Shown here in pieces: positions 38,160-48,904 of a stretch of DNA of 64,000 nt; positions within the stretch are counted from its first letter, which is position 1, and every line of letters starts with the position of its first letter. The position numbers and the translations under genes are program-made. The notes under the pieces are model-generated. The model was not told the DNA's origin. It worked only from the letters and a program-made list of their open reading frames with translations, and did not search any database. The stretch is from the NCBI GenBank assembly GCA_963845565.1, contig CAWJSJ010000005.1, positions 128,001 to 192,000 of the forward strand, in the 5' to 3' direction. Source of the stretch: an uncultured Methylomirabilota bacterium (GTDB taxonomy: Bacteria > Methylomirabilota > Methylomirabilia > Methylomirabilales > 2-02-FULL-66-22).

Positions 38160-39561
38160 ATGACGGAACAGGTGTTGATCGAGGCGCTCCGGCAGGTCGT
38201 CGGAAAGGCCAATGTGCGGGCGTCCGCGGTGGACCTCCAGCTCTACCAGTACGATGCGTATCTGGAGGAGCGGCGCCCGGACGCGGTTGTCTTCGTGGCC
38301 TCCACCGAGGAGGTCGCGAGGGTGGTCAAGGTCTGCAACAAGTTCGGTGTTCCCTTTGTTCCTCGCGGTGGGGGCACGAATCTCTCCGGCGGCACCATTC
38401 CCGTCAAGGGCGGCGTCGTGATCGAGATGATCCGGATGAACCGGATTCTCGAGGTGGACATCCCCAATCTCCGGGCGCGCGTCCAGCCGGGCATGTTCAA
38501 CCTGGAATTCGGCAATGCCCTGGCCCCGCTGGGCTATCAGTACCTGCCCGACCCCGCCAGCCAGAAGGCAGCCACGCTGGGCGGCAACGTGGCGGAGAAC
38601 TCCGGCGGTCCCCACTGCTTCAAGTACGGCGTCACCTCGAACCATGTCCTCGGCCTCACGGTCATCCTGCCCGACGGGGAGATCGCCCGGATCGGGGGCA
38701 AGGCGCTCGACGTACCCGGGCTACGATCTGACCGGGGCCTTCGTGGGGAGCGAGGGCACGCTGGGAATCTGCACCGAGCTCACGGTCCGTATCGTGCGCT
38801 TGGCGGAAGGCGTGAAGACGCTGCTGGCCATCTACGACAGCATCGAGGCGGGCGGCGAGTCGGTCTCGGCGATCGTGGCCGCGGGCATGGTCCCGGCCAC
38901 CCTGGAGATGATGGACCAGTTGGTCATCAAGGCGGTGGAGGAGTCCATCAAGTGCGGCCTGCCGACCGACTGTGCCACGGTGCTGATCATCGAGGTGGAC
39001 GGGCTGAAGGACGACCTGGAGCGGCAGGCGCAGGAGATCGCGGACCTGTGTCGGACCCACGGCGCGCGGGAGGTCCGTCTCGCCAAGAACGACGCCGAGC
39101 GCGCCGCCCTGTGGGCCGGCCGGCGCGGGGCGTTCGGGGCGGTGGCGCGGATCACGCCGAGCTATCTGGTCTGCGACGGGACGGTGCCCCGCACGGCTTT
39201 GCCCGCGGTCCTGAAGAAGGTCGCCGAGGTCAGCAAGAAGTACAACCTGCAGATCCCCAACGTGTTTCACGCCGGGGACGGGAACCTGCATCCGCTGATC
39301 CTCTTCGATTGGCGGAACGCGGAGCAGAAGGCCCGCGTGATGCAAGCGGGCATGGAGATCCTGGCGCTGTGCGTCGAGATGGGCGGGACCATCAGCGGCG
39401 AGCACGGAGTGGGCATCGAGAAAATGGACGCCATGCGCCTGGTCTTCGGGGAGTCGGAGATCGAGGTGCAGCGAATGGTGAAACGGGCCTTCGACCCCAA
39501 GGACATCGCCAACCCCGGGAAGATGTTCCCCGCTCCGCGGGAGGTGGCCCATGCCGCGTGA
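38160..39561 (+). CDS. glcD: Glycolate oxidase subunit GlcD (frameshift at ~38717)
   Basis: PRGGGTNLSGG, PDPAS, GGPHCFKYG, then GSEGTLG, HAGDGNLHP and SGEHGVG in a shifted frame. Confidence 0.9.
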
Positions 39562-40906
39562 CCTGGAGGGGTTGCAGCGGAAGCTGTCCGAGATCGTCGG
39601 CGGCGAGCACGTGGCTGCCGGGCCGGCCGCCGCGGCCTGCGCCGTGGACGGCGTGGCGCCGCAGGTTGTGGTGCATCCCGGCACGCAGGAAGCGGTGGAG
39701 GCCGTCGTGGCGTCCTGTGGATCGGCCGGGGCAGCCGTCGCCCCCCGGGGGGGCGGGACGGCCATGGGGCTGGGGAACCCTCCGACTCGGCTGGATGTCG
39801 TGATCTGCCTCGACCGACTCACGCGGATCGTCGAATTCGACGCGGCGAACCTGGTGGTGTCGGCGGAAGCCGGGGTGCGTCTCGCGGACCTCGAGAGTGT
39901 GCTCACGGCGAACCGGGAGTTTCTCCCGCTGGATCCGGCCCGGATGGACCGACGGACGGTGGGGGGCGTCGTCGCGACCAACGCCAGCGGGCCCAGCCGA
40001 CTACTCTACGGTCTGGCAAGGGACCTGGTCCTGGGGATGCGGGTGGTGCTGGGAACGGGCGAGCGGGTCCGCTGCGGTGGGAAAGTCATCAAGAACGTCT
40101 CGGGCTACGACATGAACAAGATCCTGATCGGCAGCCTGGGGACGCTGGGACTCATCACCGAGGTGACGTTCAAGCTGCTACCGATGCCGGCGACCCGGGC
40201 CACGGTCGCGGGTGCGTTCGCGGATCTCACTCAGGCGGGGGCCGTCATCAAGCGCGCCTTGGAGTCGTTCCTCCTGCCCGAGGCCATCGAGTTGCTCGAT
40301 CCGCAGGCCCTGGCGACGGCCGCGACCAGTCTCGGGCTGGCAGGATCGGCGGGGTACGGGTTGGCCGTCTCGCTGGCCGGAAGCCCGGAGACGGTGGAGC
40401 GGCAGGTGCGTGACTTCACCCAGTTCTTCGCGGATGGGAAGGCGGTACGGACGACCGCGCTCGGGGCCGACGCGAGCCCGGCGGCCTGGCGCGAGATCCG
40501 TGATGTCCTGGATCGGGCGGTCACGGCGGCGGAGCAGTTCCGCGTGAAGATCGGCGTGCCCATCAGTCAGACCGCCGCGTTTGTCGCCAAGGCGGAAGCG
40601 TTGATGCGTCGCCACGGGTGGCGCGGGGCGATCGCGGCCCACGCGGGGAGCGGGATCGTTCGGGTGGCCTACGACATTGCGGCCGCGACGCCGTGCGAAC
40701 TGGCGCGGGATGGGATCGAGGCTTTGCGGCGCGAGGCCGAGGCGGCCGAGGGCAGCCTGGTCGTGGAGGCGGCCCCCGTGGCCGTCAAGCGCCACCTCGA
40801 CGCCTGGGGAAAGCCAGGTGAGGGGTTCACGGTGATGCGACGACTCAAGGCGGAATTCGATCCTCGGGGCTTCATGAATCCGGGGCGGTTTTTGGGCGGG
40901 ATCTGA
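39551..40906 (+). CDS. glcE: Glycolate oxidase FAD subunit GlcE
   Basis: GGKVIKNVSGYD..K..IGSLGTLG and FDP..MNPGR motifs. Confidence 0.88.
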   Translation: MPRDLEGLQRKLSEIVGGEHVAAGPAAAACAVDGVAPQVVVHPGTQEAVEAVVASCGSAGAAVAPRGGGTAMGLGNPPTRLDVVICLDRLTRIVEFDAANLVVSAEAGVRLADLESVLTANREFLPLDPARMDRRTVGGVVATNASGPSRLLYGLARDLVLGMRVVLGTGERVRCGGKVIKNVSGYDMNKILIGSLGTLGLITEVTFKLLPMPATRATVAGAFADLTQAGAVIKRALESFLLPEAIELLDPQALATAATSLGLAGSAGYGLAVSLAGSPETVERQVRDFTQFFADGKAVRTTALGADASPAAWREIRDVLDRAVTAAEQFRVKIGVPISQTAAFVAKAEALMRRHGWRGAIAAHAGSGIVRVAYDIAAATPCELARDGIEALRREAEAAEGSLVVEAAPVAVKRHLDAWGKPGEGFTVMRRLKAEFDPRGFMNPGRFLGGI

Positions 40907-40996
40907 CGCGCTCCGGACCCCTTGGAACAGCCCGGACGGAACGGGCGTTTCGACCGGGACCGCAAGGGAAGTCCTTTCCGGACTGTGGAGAGCCGC

Positions 40997-42278
40997 ATGG
41001 TCATCCCAGAACTGTTGCCGCTGCACGATCTCATCGCGAAGTGCAATCGGTGCGGCTTCTGCCAGGCCGGCTGCCCAGTCTTCCGGGTGACCGGCGAGGA
41101 GCATTCGCTCTCGCGCGGCCGCCTGGCCGTGGCCCGCGGCCTGATGCTGGGCAATTTGGATTTGACGCCGGAGGTGATGCACGCCCTGGAGGACTGCCTC
41201 CTCTGCCGCGGCTGCACCGCCCACTGCTTCCCGGGCCTGAAGACCGACGAGATCGTCACCACGATCCGGCACGCCTACCTGAACCGTGAAGGGCAGCCGA
41301 TGTGGCAGCGGGTCCTGTTCCGGTCGGTCCTGGCGGACAGCACGAAGCTGGAGTGGGCCGGCCGGATGGCGGTCTGGGCCAAGCGGACGGGCCTGGCCAA
41401 CCTGGCCGAGAAGAGCGGCGCCATGAAGCTCGTGGACGAACGGCTCCACGGGACGGCCGATATCGTGCCCAGCCTTCCGGCGCGGTATTTCCGGCGCGGC
41501 GAGCGGACCCTCGGGGCCGAGCCGGCCAAGGCCAAGGCCAAGATCGGTTACTTCGTGTCTTGCGGCCTGAGCTTCCAGTATCCCGACGTGGTCGAGGCAA
41601 CGCTGCGGGTGCTGGGGCGGGCGGGCTGTTCGATCACCGTGCTCAACAACACCTGCTGCGGCCGGCCGGCGCAGGCCTACGGCGATCTGGATGCGGCGCG
41701 GGACATCGCGCGCCGGAACGTGGACGCGGCTGGCCTCGGCCATGGGCTTCGATGCCATCGTGTCGGAGTGCGGAAGCTGCAGCGCGCACCTGAAGGATTA
41801 CGGCGATATCCTGAAGGGCGATCCCGCCTACGCCGAGCGAGCCGCGGCGCTCTCGAAGAAGGTGAGGAGCTTCAGCGAGTTCCTGGTGGGGCTGGGGACG
41901 AATGGGAGCCTGGCGGAGGTCGCGGGCACGGTGACGTATCACGACCCCTGTCACCTCTCCAACCGGTTCTCCAAAGTCACGGCACAACCGCGGACGCTGC
42001 TGAAGAGTATCCCCGGGATGGCCTACAAGGAGCTGCCCGAGGCCGACTGGTGCTGCGGCGCCGCGGGGAGCTACACCTTCCTACACCATTCGGAGGCCGC
42101 CGGGGTCCTGGACCGGAAGATGGGAAACGTGGAGAAGACCGGCGCGGCGATCCTGGCCACCGAGTGTCCGGCTTGCATGATGCACCTGTCTTACGGCGTC
42201 CGGAAGAAGGGGCTGGCCGTCCAGGTCCGGCACGTGAGCCAACTCCTGGATCAGGCCTATGCCACTGCGGTGCGGTGA
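40997..42278 (+). CDS. glcF: Glycolate oxidase Fe-S subunit GlcF (frameshift at ~41726)
   Basis: Two CxxCxxC..CP/CF ferredoxin motifs, two CCG domains, YHDPCH. Confidence 0.88.
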
Positions 42279-42307
42279 CGAGTCTGTCCCGTCGAACGGC
42301 ACCCCAC

Positions 42308-42351
42308 GCGGTGGACGATCTGACGGCCGGATCGTCCACCGCCGTGTTTTT
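42308..42351 (+). terminator. Intrinsic terminator after glcF
   Basis: GCGGTGGACGATC/GATCGTCCACCGC stem followed by GTGTTTTT. Confidence 0.6.
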
Positions 42352-42434
42352 GTGGGGGATGCTCCAACCGACCGCAAACCGAGTCGCCCGATGCCGGTCA
42401 AACCATACGGGCCGAATGGACCGAATCTTTCGGC

Positions 42435-42488
42435 TTGACTTGCTAATGCCTTTCAATGTATGACAGCGCTACCATGACAGCGCTACCA
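42435..42488 (+). promoter_or_regulatory. Promoter with tandem LacI-type operators
   Basis: TTGACT at 42435; TGACAGCGCTACCA repeated exactly at 42461 and 42475. Confidence 0.7.
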
Positions 42489-43502
42489 AACGGCGGAAGA
42501 AGTGGGGCAGTCACGCTCGCGGATATCGCGCGCCGCGCTGGTGTGGCCCCGATCACGGCCTCCCGGGCCCTGCGTTCCAACGCCGTGGTCGCCCAGGCCA
42601 CTCGCGAGAGGGTTCTGGCCGCTGCCGCCGAGCTGGGCTACGTCCCGAACCTGTTGGCGCGCGGCTTGGTCCAGAATCGAACCGCCACGGTCGGTGTGGT
42701 GGTCCTGGAGCTCTCCAATCCGTTCTTCGTCCCCATGCTGAGCGCCGTCGAGAGCATCGCCGCCAAGCGGGATTTCTTGGTGGTGGTCGGTGAATCGAGA
42801 AGGGATGCCGACAAGGAGCGGCGGTACGTCGAGCAGTTCCAGCAGCTCCGGATCGGCGGCATCATCGTCACCACGGCGTCGCGACAGTTTGACCATCTCG
42901 CCGCGGCGCGTGCCGGGGGGACGCCCGTGGTGCTGATGGCCCGGCGCTGGGACGAGGGCGATTACGTCACCGCCGACCACGTGGAAGCTGGGCGCCTGGT
43001 GGCGGGGCATCTGCTGTCGCGCGATTATCGCCGCATCGGCTTGGTCTGGACGCACGAGCCCGAGAACACCGCCATCGAGGAGCGCATCCTGGGTGTTCGG
43101 CAGGTGTTCGCGGAAGCGGGGGTCGAGTTGCCGCCCCGATGGGACCTGCGCACCCCCACGACCCTGCTCGAGGATGGCATGGAAGCGGCCGACCGGTTTC
43201 TGTCCATGACGGACCGGCCCAGGGCGGTCTTTGTATCCACCGACCGACAGGCCATGGGGTTCGTCGAGCGCGTGGTTTCGCAGGGGGTCCGGGTCCCGGA
43301 AGACCTGGCCATCGTGGGCTATGACGACATCCCGTTCGCGGCGTGCGCCCGGGTACCGTTGACCACGGTGGCCATCCCGATGCGGCGGATGGGAGAGTTG
43401 GCGGCGGAGATTCTGTTCGACCGGCTGGACGGCTCCGCGGGGCCGGGACCGCAGCAGATCCTGCTCCAACCGGAGCTGATCGTCCGGGCCTCGAGCCCGT
43501 AG
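42474..43502 (+). CDS. LacI family regulator
   Basis: TLADIA..AGV..TASRAL, YVPN, VPEDLAIVGYDD and LTTV motifs. Confidence 0.95.
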   Translation: MTALPNGGRSGAVTLADIARRAGVAPITASRALRSNAVVAQATRERVLAAAAELGYVPNLLARGLVQNRTATVGVVVLELSNPFFVPMLSAVESIAAKRDFLVVVGESRRDADKERRYVEQFQQLRIGGIIVTTASRQFDHLAAARAGGTPVVLMARRWDEGDYVTADHVEAGRLVAGHLLSRDYRRIGLVWTHEPENTAIEERILGVRQVFAEAGVELPPRWDLRTPTTLLEDGMEAADRFLSMTDRPRAVFVSTDRQAMGFVERVVSQGVRVPEDLAIVGYDDIPFAACARVPLTTVAIPMRRMGELAAEILFDRLDGSAGPGPQQILLQPELIVRASSP

Positions 43503-43517
43503 TTGATTGCTGGGCCA

Positions 43518-43560
43518 TTTTGAGCAACCTGGGTGAGAACGGGAATTTCAAGAACCTGTT
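43518..43560. repeat. Degenerate right-end remnant of the CAGGCTG MITE
   Basis: TTTTGAGCAACCTGGGTGAGAAC..TTTCAAGAACCTGTT parallels 13172-13215. Confidence 0.5.
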
Positions 43561-43642
43561 CAGAACGCCCGTACCGTTTCGACCTTCGAGGGTGCGTGCC
43601 CGATCGGAGGGCACATTACGCGGCGAAGCCGAGGAGGGTGCC

Positions 43643-44950
43643 ATGCGGAAGATGACGCGCCGGCTGGTGTCGTTCGTTTGTGCAATGGGGCTTCTGATCG
43701 GCGGGGTCGCCCAGGCCGCCCAGCTCAACTGGTGGAGCCACTGGCCGGTCGAGGACAGCAAGAAGTCGGTCCTCTTCGAGGCCAAGAAGCGGTTCGAGGC
43801 CAAGAACCCGGGAAGCACGGTCACCATCACATTCTACGAGAAGAAGAATATGTGGCCGCCGCTCCGTGCGGCGTTCACCGCCGGCTCGGGCTTCCCGGAC
43901 GTCTTTTACTACGACGTCGACGTCCCGGAGTTCATCCCGGCGGGATGGCTGGCGGATCTTTCCCAGGGGATCCGCTGGGAGAACATCGAAGGATACGGCA
44001 AGGCCTTCTGGACGCTGCCCGGGCAAGGCGGAAAGATGGGGACGTGGGCCATCCCCGTCGAGGCGGCCTCGGACGAGATCTACTACAACAAGAAACTCTT
44101 CAAGCAGCTCGGCATCAACCCGCCGGCGAACTTCGCCTTCACCCAGGACGAATTCAAGGAGGTCGTCGCCAAGTGCGTCAAGGGTGGCTTCGCGGCCTTC
44201 GCCACGGGTGCGGCGGACCGGGAATGGGCGGCGATGTACATCCCGAACGCGCTGCTCTTGAGCAAGCTCGGGTACGATGATCTCACCAAGCTCATCAAGG
44301 GCGAGCTGTCCTGGAAAGACCCGCGAGTCCTTGAGGTTTTCCGCTATTACAGGGAGTTGATCGACGCCGGGGCGTACGCCAAGACGCTGACCAGCATGAC
44401 GCTGGCGGATGCGCACCGCTTCTTCCATACCGAGCAGAAGGCCTGCATGTTCCCGGTCGGCTCCTGGTACACGGGGCGCGCCTTCGTGCCGCCGGACAAA
44501 GGCGGCCAGCCCAAGGACTTCGAGTTGGGTTTGCTCAACAACCCCCTGATGAAGGACGGCAAGGGCCACGGGCAGAAGTTCTTGGGCGTCGCCGGCTCCC
44601 TGGCGGTGGCGGCGAAGAGCCCGAATCTCCCCCTGGCCATCAAGGTGGCGGATGCGTTTGCGGACGTGGAGATCGGCAACATGTGGATGGCCAGGACCGG
44701 CGTTCAGACCGGGATCAAGACCGATCCGGCAAAGATCGACTCCCCGAACAAGTGGTACTTCGAAGAGTACGGGAAGGTGAACAAGGCCACCACGTTCGTC
44801 AACTTCACGGCCCAGAATATCAAGGCGGTGATGAAGCCCGGCCTGTGGGAGGCCTACGTGGCCATGGTCAACCAGGGGATGCCGAACAAGCTGGTCGGTC
44901 CGGATGAGGCGATGGCCAAGATGGAAGACGCACGCGCGAAGGGGAAGTAG
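43643..44950 (+). CDS. CUT1 ABC substrate-binding protein
   Basis: GAGGAGG RBS, signal peptide, PDVF, IYYNKKLF..LG and GSW motifs. Confidence 0.9.
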   Translation: MRKMTRRLVSFVCAMGLLIGGVAQAAQLNWWSHWPVEDSKKSVLFEAKKRFEAKNPGSTVTITFYEKKNMWPPLRAAFTAGSGFPDVFYYDVDVPEFIPAGWLADLSQGIRWENIEGYGKAFWTLPGQGGKMGTWAIPVEAASDEIYYNKKLFKQLGINPPANFAFTQDEFKEVVAKCVKGGFAAFATGAADREWAAMYIPNALLLSKLGYDDLTKLIKGELSWKDPRVLEVFRYYRELIDAGAYAKTLTSMTLADAHRFFHTEQKACMFPVGSWYTGRAFVPPDKGGQPKDFELGLLNNPLMKDGKGHGQKFLGVAGSLAVAAKSPNLPLAIKVADAFADVEIGNMWMARTGVQTGIKTDPAKIDSPNKWYFEEYGKVNKATTFVNFTAQNIKAVMKPGLWEAYVAMVNQGMPNKLVGPDEAMAKMEDARAKGK

Positions 44951-44957
44951 GCAGGCA

Positions 44958-45078
44958 GGGGCTGGGCGTTTGGGATTGGGTGTTCGGGAGCGGGGGCCAA
45001 GCGATCGCATGCCCCCGCTCCTGCTTCCCACCTCGACTCTCCACCCCAAATCCCTAACCCCGAATCCCTGACCCCGGA
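44958..45078. repeat. Inverted array of 7-mer tandem repeats
   Basis: G-rich GGGATTG-like units facing CCCAAAT/CCCTAAC/CCCGAAT/CCCTGAC. Confidence 0.55.
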
Positions 45079-45085
45079 TATCCTC

Positions 45086-46025
45086 ATGCCGACGGATCAC
45101 GCCAATTCGCCGGGCGGTCTCACGCCGACTCGAGCCGGTCGGCCGTGGGGGAGCATCCTGCTCTTCGTAGGCCCCGCGCTCGGCTTCTATTTGGCCTTCA
45201 TCATCTATCCCGTGCTCGTCACCTTCTACAACAGCGTTCACACCCTCCGGATGGACCTGGGGATGACGTACGATTTCGTCGGGCTTCAGCACTTCAGGGA
45301 GATCCTGAGCGAGGACGACATCTTCTGGCGGGCGGCGCGCAATACCATGACGTGGGCTGTCGTCGCACCCATCGTCGACATCCCGCTGGCGCTCGTTCTG
45401 GCTTTCATCCTGCACAGCAAGGTGCCCTTCTCCCGGTTCTTTCGGACTGTGTGGTTCACGCCATTGCTCATGTCGTATCCCGTGGTCGGCGTCATCTGGC
45501 TGTGGGTCTACAATTACGACTGGGGAATGGCGAATCTGACTCTGCGAGTCCTTGGCCTCGGCGAGTATGCCCAGGCCTGGCTCGCCAGCCCCACCACGGC
45601 CCTGCCGGCCCTGATCCTGGTGACTACCTGGATGTTTGCGGGTTTCAACCTGGTGGTCATGCTGGCGGCGATCCACGCCATCCCCATGGAGTACATCGAG
45701 GCGGCCCGGGTGGACGGCGCCGGTCCCTGGCACCGGCTCTTCTACATCATCGTCCCGCTGCTGCGGCCCACCATGGTGAATCTGGCCATCCTGGATGTTA
45801 TCGGAAAGATGAAGCAGTTCGCCTTGGTCTGGGTGATGACGCGGGGCGGCCCCATGTGGGGGACCGAAACCGTCGCGACCTATGTCATCAAGCGGGCCTT
45901 CGAGTGGAAGACCCTCGACCTAGGCTATCCCTCGGCAATCGCGGTGCTCTGGTTCATCATTATCTTCGGGTCTATCGGTCGGGCTCACCCGATTCCTGCA
46001 GCGCCGCGAGGCCCTGGAGTTCTGA
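45086..46025 (+). CDS. CUT1 ABC permease 1 (frameshift at ~45970 fuses it to the next ORF)
   Basis: EAARVDGA and MTRGGP motifs; natural end LQRREALEF-TGA 46025 in a shifted frame, overlapping the next ATG. Confidence 0.88.
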
Positions 46026-46855
46026 TGCGCGCCAAAGCGACCAAGGCCCTCCTGATGCTGCCGGTCCTGCTGTACACCTTCTTCTCGGCGGGGCCGTATC
46101 TGTGGACCGCGATGATGTCGCTCCGGACGACCGACGAGATCTACAAGAGCCACTACGGTCTGCCGATCCCGCCCCATTTCTGGAAATTCTACACGGCCTG
46201 GACCGAATTCGGCTACGCGACCTACTTCAAGAACAGCGCCATCGTGACCGTGGCGGCCGTCGTCATCATCACCCTGGTCGGCTCCATGGCCGGGTACGGC
46301 TTCGCGCGGCGGCGCTTCGCCTTCCCTCTGCGGGAACCGCTCTTTCTCCTCCTCTTCCTCTCGATCATGTTTCCGCCCCAGATCATGATCTTGTCCTTGT
46401 TCCAGATCCTCATCAAGTACGGCCTCTTCAACACCCTGGTGGGACTCATCCTGGTCTACGTGGCCACGGAGTTGCCGGTGACGATCTATCTCCTGCGCGC
46501 CTTCTTTGCCCAGATCCCAGTGGAACTGGAGGAGGCCGCGCGCATCGACGGCTGTACCGACTGGAGCATGTTCTGGCGCGTCATGTTTCCCATCGCCCGC
46601 CCGGCGGTGGCGACCACCATGATTCTGAACTTCATCTATTTCTGGAACGAGTTCCTGTACGCGGTGGTGTTCATCACCAAGCAGGAGATCCGGACGCTGC
46701 CTCTGGCCGTTCAGTTTCTGGTGAGCGATCAGTTCTTCGACATCGGCATGCTGGCGACCGGGCTGATGATCGCGACACTGCCGGTCCTGGTCATGTATTT
46801 GTTCCTGTCCGAGTGGTTCGTCAAGGGCATGACCGCCGGCGCCGTAAAAGGATAG
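46025..46855 (+). CDS. CUT1 ABC permease 2
   Basis: FKNS, ELEEAARIDG, WNEF and GMTAGAVKG motifs. Confidence 0.92.
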   Translation: MRAKATKALLMLPVLLYTFFSAGPYLWTAMMSLRTTDEIYKSHYGLPIPPHFWKFYTAWTEFGYATYFKNSAIVTVAAVVIITLVGSMAGYGFARRRFAFPLREPLFLLLFLSIMFPPQIMILSLFQILIKYGLFNTLVGLILVYVATELPVTIYLLRAFFAQIPVELEEAARIDGCTDWSMFWRVMFPIARPAVATTMILNFIYFWNEFLYAVVFITKQEIRTLPLAVQFLVSDQFFDIGMLATGLMIATLPVLVMYLFLSEWFVKGMTAGAVKG

Positions 46856-46862
46856 GACGTCC

Positions 46863-46940
46863 ATTGGTCGACTCGTCAAATGGTCAACTGGGTAATCGCG
46901 GAAGTGCCAATTGACTAATTGACCAGTTGACAACTCGACT
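46863..46940. repeat. Inverted array of 8-mer tandem repeats (TGGTCAA-like)
   Basis: TTGGTCGA CTCGTCAA ATGGTCAA ... TTGACTAA TTGACCAG TTGACAAC TCGACT. Confidence 0.65.
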
Positions 46941-46955
46941 TGCGGGGAGGGGCGC

Positions 46956-47918
46956 ATGGGCTGCAACGTGGTTTACTGGAATCGCGCGACCGAGGACGTG
47001 TACGATGTAATCCGCGGCCAGATGCCGGCGGGCTGGAGGCTGGTCACGCTGGCCGGTGACGCGAAAGCGGAGTGGCATGCCCAGATCCGCGATGTCGACT
47101 TCATGCTTGTGGCCGACTGGGCCGTTACCGAAGAGACCCTGGCGGCCGCCCCACGACTCAGGATGGTGCAACACCAGGGGGTGGGCCACGAACGAATCGA
47201 CAAGCAGGCCCTGAAAGCCCGCGGCATCCCGCTGGCGCTGTGCCCGGCGGGGACGACCATCGGGGTCGCCGAGCACACCATGCTCCTGATCCTGGCGGTG
47301 TACAAGCGACTGGTGGTGGCCGACACCAAGATGCGGCAGGGGACCTGGCTCCAGTGGGGGCTTCGCTCCACGTCCTTCGAGCTGTGCGGCAAGACGCTTG
47401 GCCTGGTGGGGTTCGGCCGGATCGGACAGGCGGTGGCCAAGCGGGCGCATGCGTTCGATGCCAAGATTCTGTATCACGACGCTTTCATTCCCGCGCCCCC
47501 GGCCGAGGCGAAAGCCTGGGGAGTGGAACCCGTGAGCCTGGACGATCTTCTCCGTCGGTCGGACATCGTGAGCATCCACGTACCCACGACCGACGAGACC
47601 CGCAAGTTCATGAACGCGGAGCGTTTCGCCCAGATGAAACGCTCGGCGGTCTTCATCAACACCTCCCGGGGCGCGGTGGTGAACGAACCGGACATGGTGA
47701 AGGCCCTGCAGGACCACATGATCGCCGCGGCGGGCCTGGACGTGTTCGAGAAGGAGCCCATCAACGCGGACAACCCGCTCCTACGCATGGACAATGTGGT
47801 ACTCACGCCGCACATCTCTGCCGGGACGGTGGATGCCCTGATGGAGAAGATGCGCTCGGTTTTTGACAACCTCCAACGGTTCGTCGCGGGCGATGCCATC
47901 CGGGACCGGGTTATCTAG
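46956..47918 (+). CDS. D-isomer-specific 2-hydroxyacid dehydrogenase
   Basis: VAEH, GFGRIG, INTSRG, LDVFEKEP and TPH motifs. Confidence 0.94.
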   Translation: MGCNVVYWNRATEDVYDVIRGQMPAGWRLVTLAGDAKAEWHAQIRDVDFMLVADWAVTEETLAAAPRLRMVQHQGVGHERIDKQALKARGIPLALCPAGTTIGVAEHTMLLILAVYKRLVVADTKMRQGTWLQWGLRSTSFELCGKTLGLVGFGRIGQAVAKRAHAFDAKILYHDAFIPAPPAEAKAWGVEPVSLDDLLRRSDIVSIHVPTTDETRKFMNAERFAQMKRSAVFINTSRGAVVNEPDMVKALQDHMIAAAGLDVFEKEPINADNPLLRMDNVVLTPHISAGTVDALMEKMRSVFDNLQRFVAGDAIRDRVI

Positions 47919-47966
47919 CGTTTTCCGGGTACGAAAAACGCAACCGTTTCAACAAGGAGAGGAAGT

Positions 47967-48686
47967 ATGGCTGCACAGCCAACCCTGAAAGACATCGTCG
48001 CGCGGTACCAGAAGCTCGATTCCGCCCTGATCTACGACACGCTGGACGCCATGGGGTTGCCGCAGCAGCAGCTCGACTTGGCGATCGCGCCGCTCGACGT
48101 CAACATGGTCGTGGCGGGCCCGGCGTTCACCTCGAAGTGGGTCGTGAGCGAGGAGACCAAGAAGGTCGCGTCACCGCGGCTGGAGGTTCGCTGCAACAGC
48201 TATCAGATGCTGAAGGAGATGACCCCGGGCTGCGTGTACGTCGAAGACGTGGGGAACGATCCCGTCTCGGGTGGTTTGGGCGAGAACCTCGGGATCTCGG
48301 TGAAGCTCGCCGGGGCGACCGGCGTGGTCTGCGACGGGGGGACGCGGGATCGGAAGGCGCTCGTCGCTATGGAATTTCCGGTCTTCTCGCGGTTCAGCTC
48401 CTGCACGTTCAGCTGGGGGCGGCGCCGATTCATCGACTGCCAGATTCCGGTGCGGCTGTCCGGCCATGTGTCCAGGTGGGTCACGGCGAATCCGGGCGAC
48501 TTCATCTTTGGTGACTGCGACGGGATCCTAGTGATTCCCAAGGCCCTTACCGTGGAGGTCTTGGAGGGTGCGGAAAAGGTGGCCGAAATCGAAGAAGATC
48601 AGCGGAAACGACTCCTCGCCGGCGAGGAGCGTGAGCAGGTGTACAAGGTGAACCGTTATGCACACATCCGACGGGTGGTGGCATAG
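47967..48686 (+). CDS. RraA family / HMG-CHA class II aldolase-like protein
   Basis: G.AFT, GGLGE, DGGTRD, FPVF and PGD.IFGD.DG motifs. Confidence 0.88.
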   Translation: MAAQPTLKDIVARYQKLDSALIYDTLDAMGLPQQQLDLAIAPLDVNMVVAGPAFTSKWVVSEETKKVASPRLEVRCNSYQMLKEMTPGCVYVEDVGNDPVSGGLGENLGISVKLAGATGVVCDGGTRDRKALVAMEFPVFSRFSSCTFSWGRRRFIDCQIPVRLSGHVSRWVTANPGDFIFGDCDGILVIPKALTVEVLEGAEKVAEIEEDQRKRLLAGEEREQVYKVNRYAHIRRVVA

Positions 48687-48904
48687 GGGGGCTGTCACCG
48701 GGTCGGTTTTCCGTCGGGGCAAACCGCCTGGGACTGCCGATGGCGGACGATAGCAATGGCTGACGGTTGACCAAAACGCACACTCGTGGGAGGATACGTC
48801 GAATCGCACCCGGGCTAGACGGTCGGCTGGGGGCGGAAGGAGGAGAAAGGTAACCGTGCGGTGAACTCGCGTGAGGCGGGACGCCGACACAACAAGGAGG
48901 AGTC

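Noticed and set aside
38160..39803. 547-aa GlcD with a novel C-terminus
   Set aside because: The out-of-frame tail follows a frameshift at ~38717; the canonical C-terminus is in another frame
43616..45733. Long antisense ORFs (also 36350-38212, 30462-32297, 61520-63301, 25174-27033)
   Set aside because: Shadow frames of real genes in high-GC DNA; no motifs
45086..46855. 589-aa fused double ABC permease
   Set aside because: One extra base at ~45970; the natural stop/start overlap TGATG is at 46023-46027
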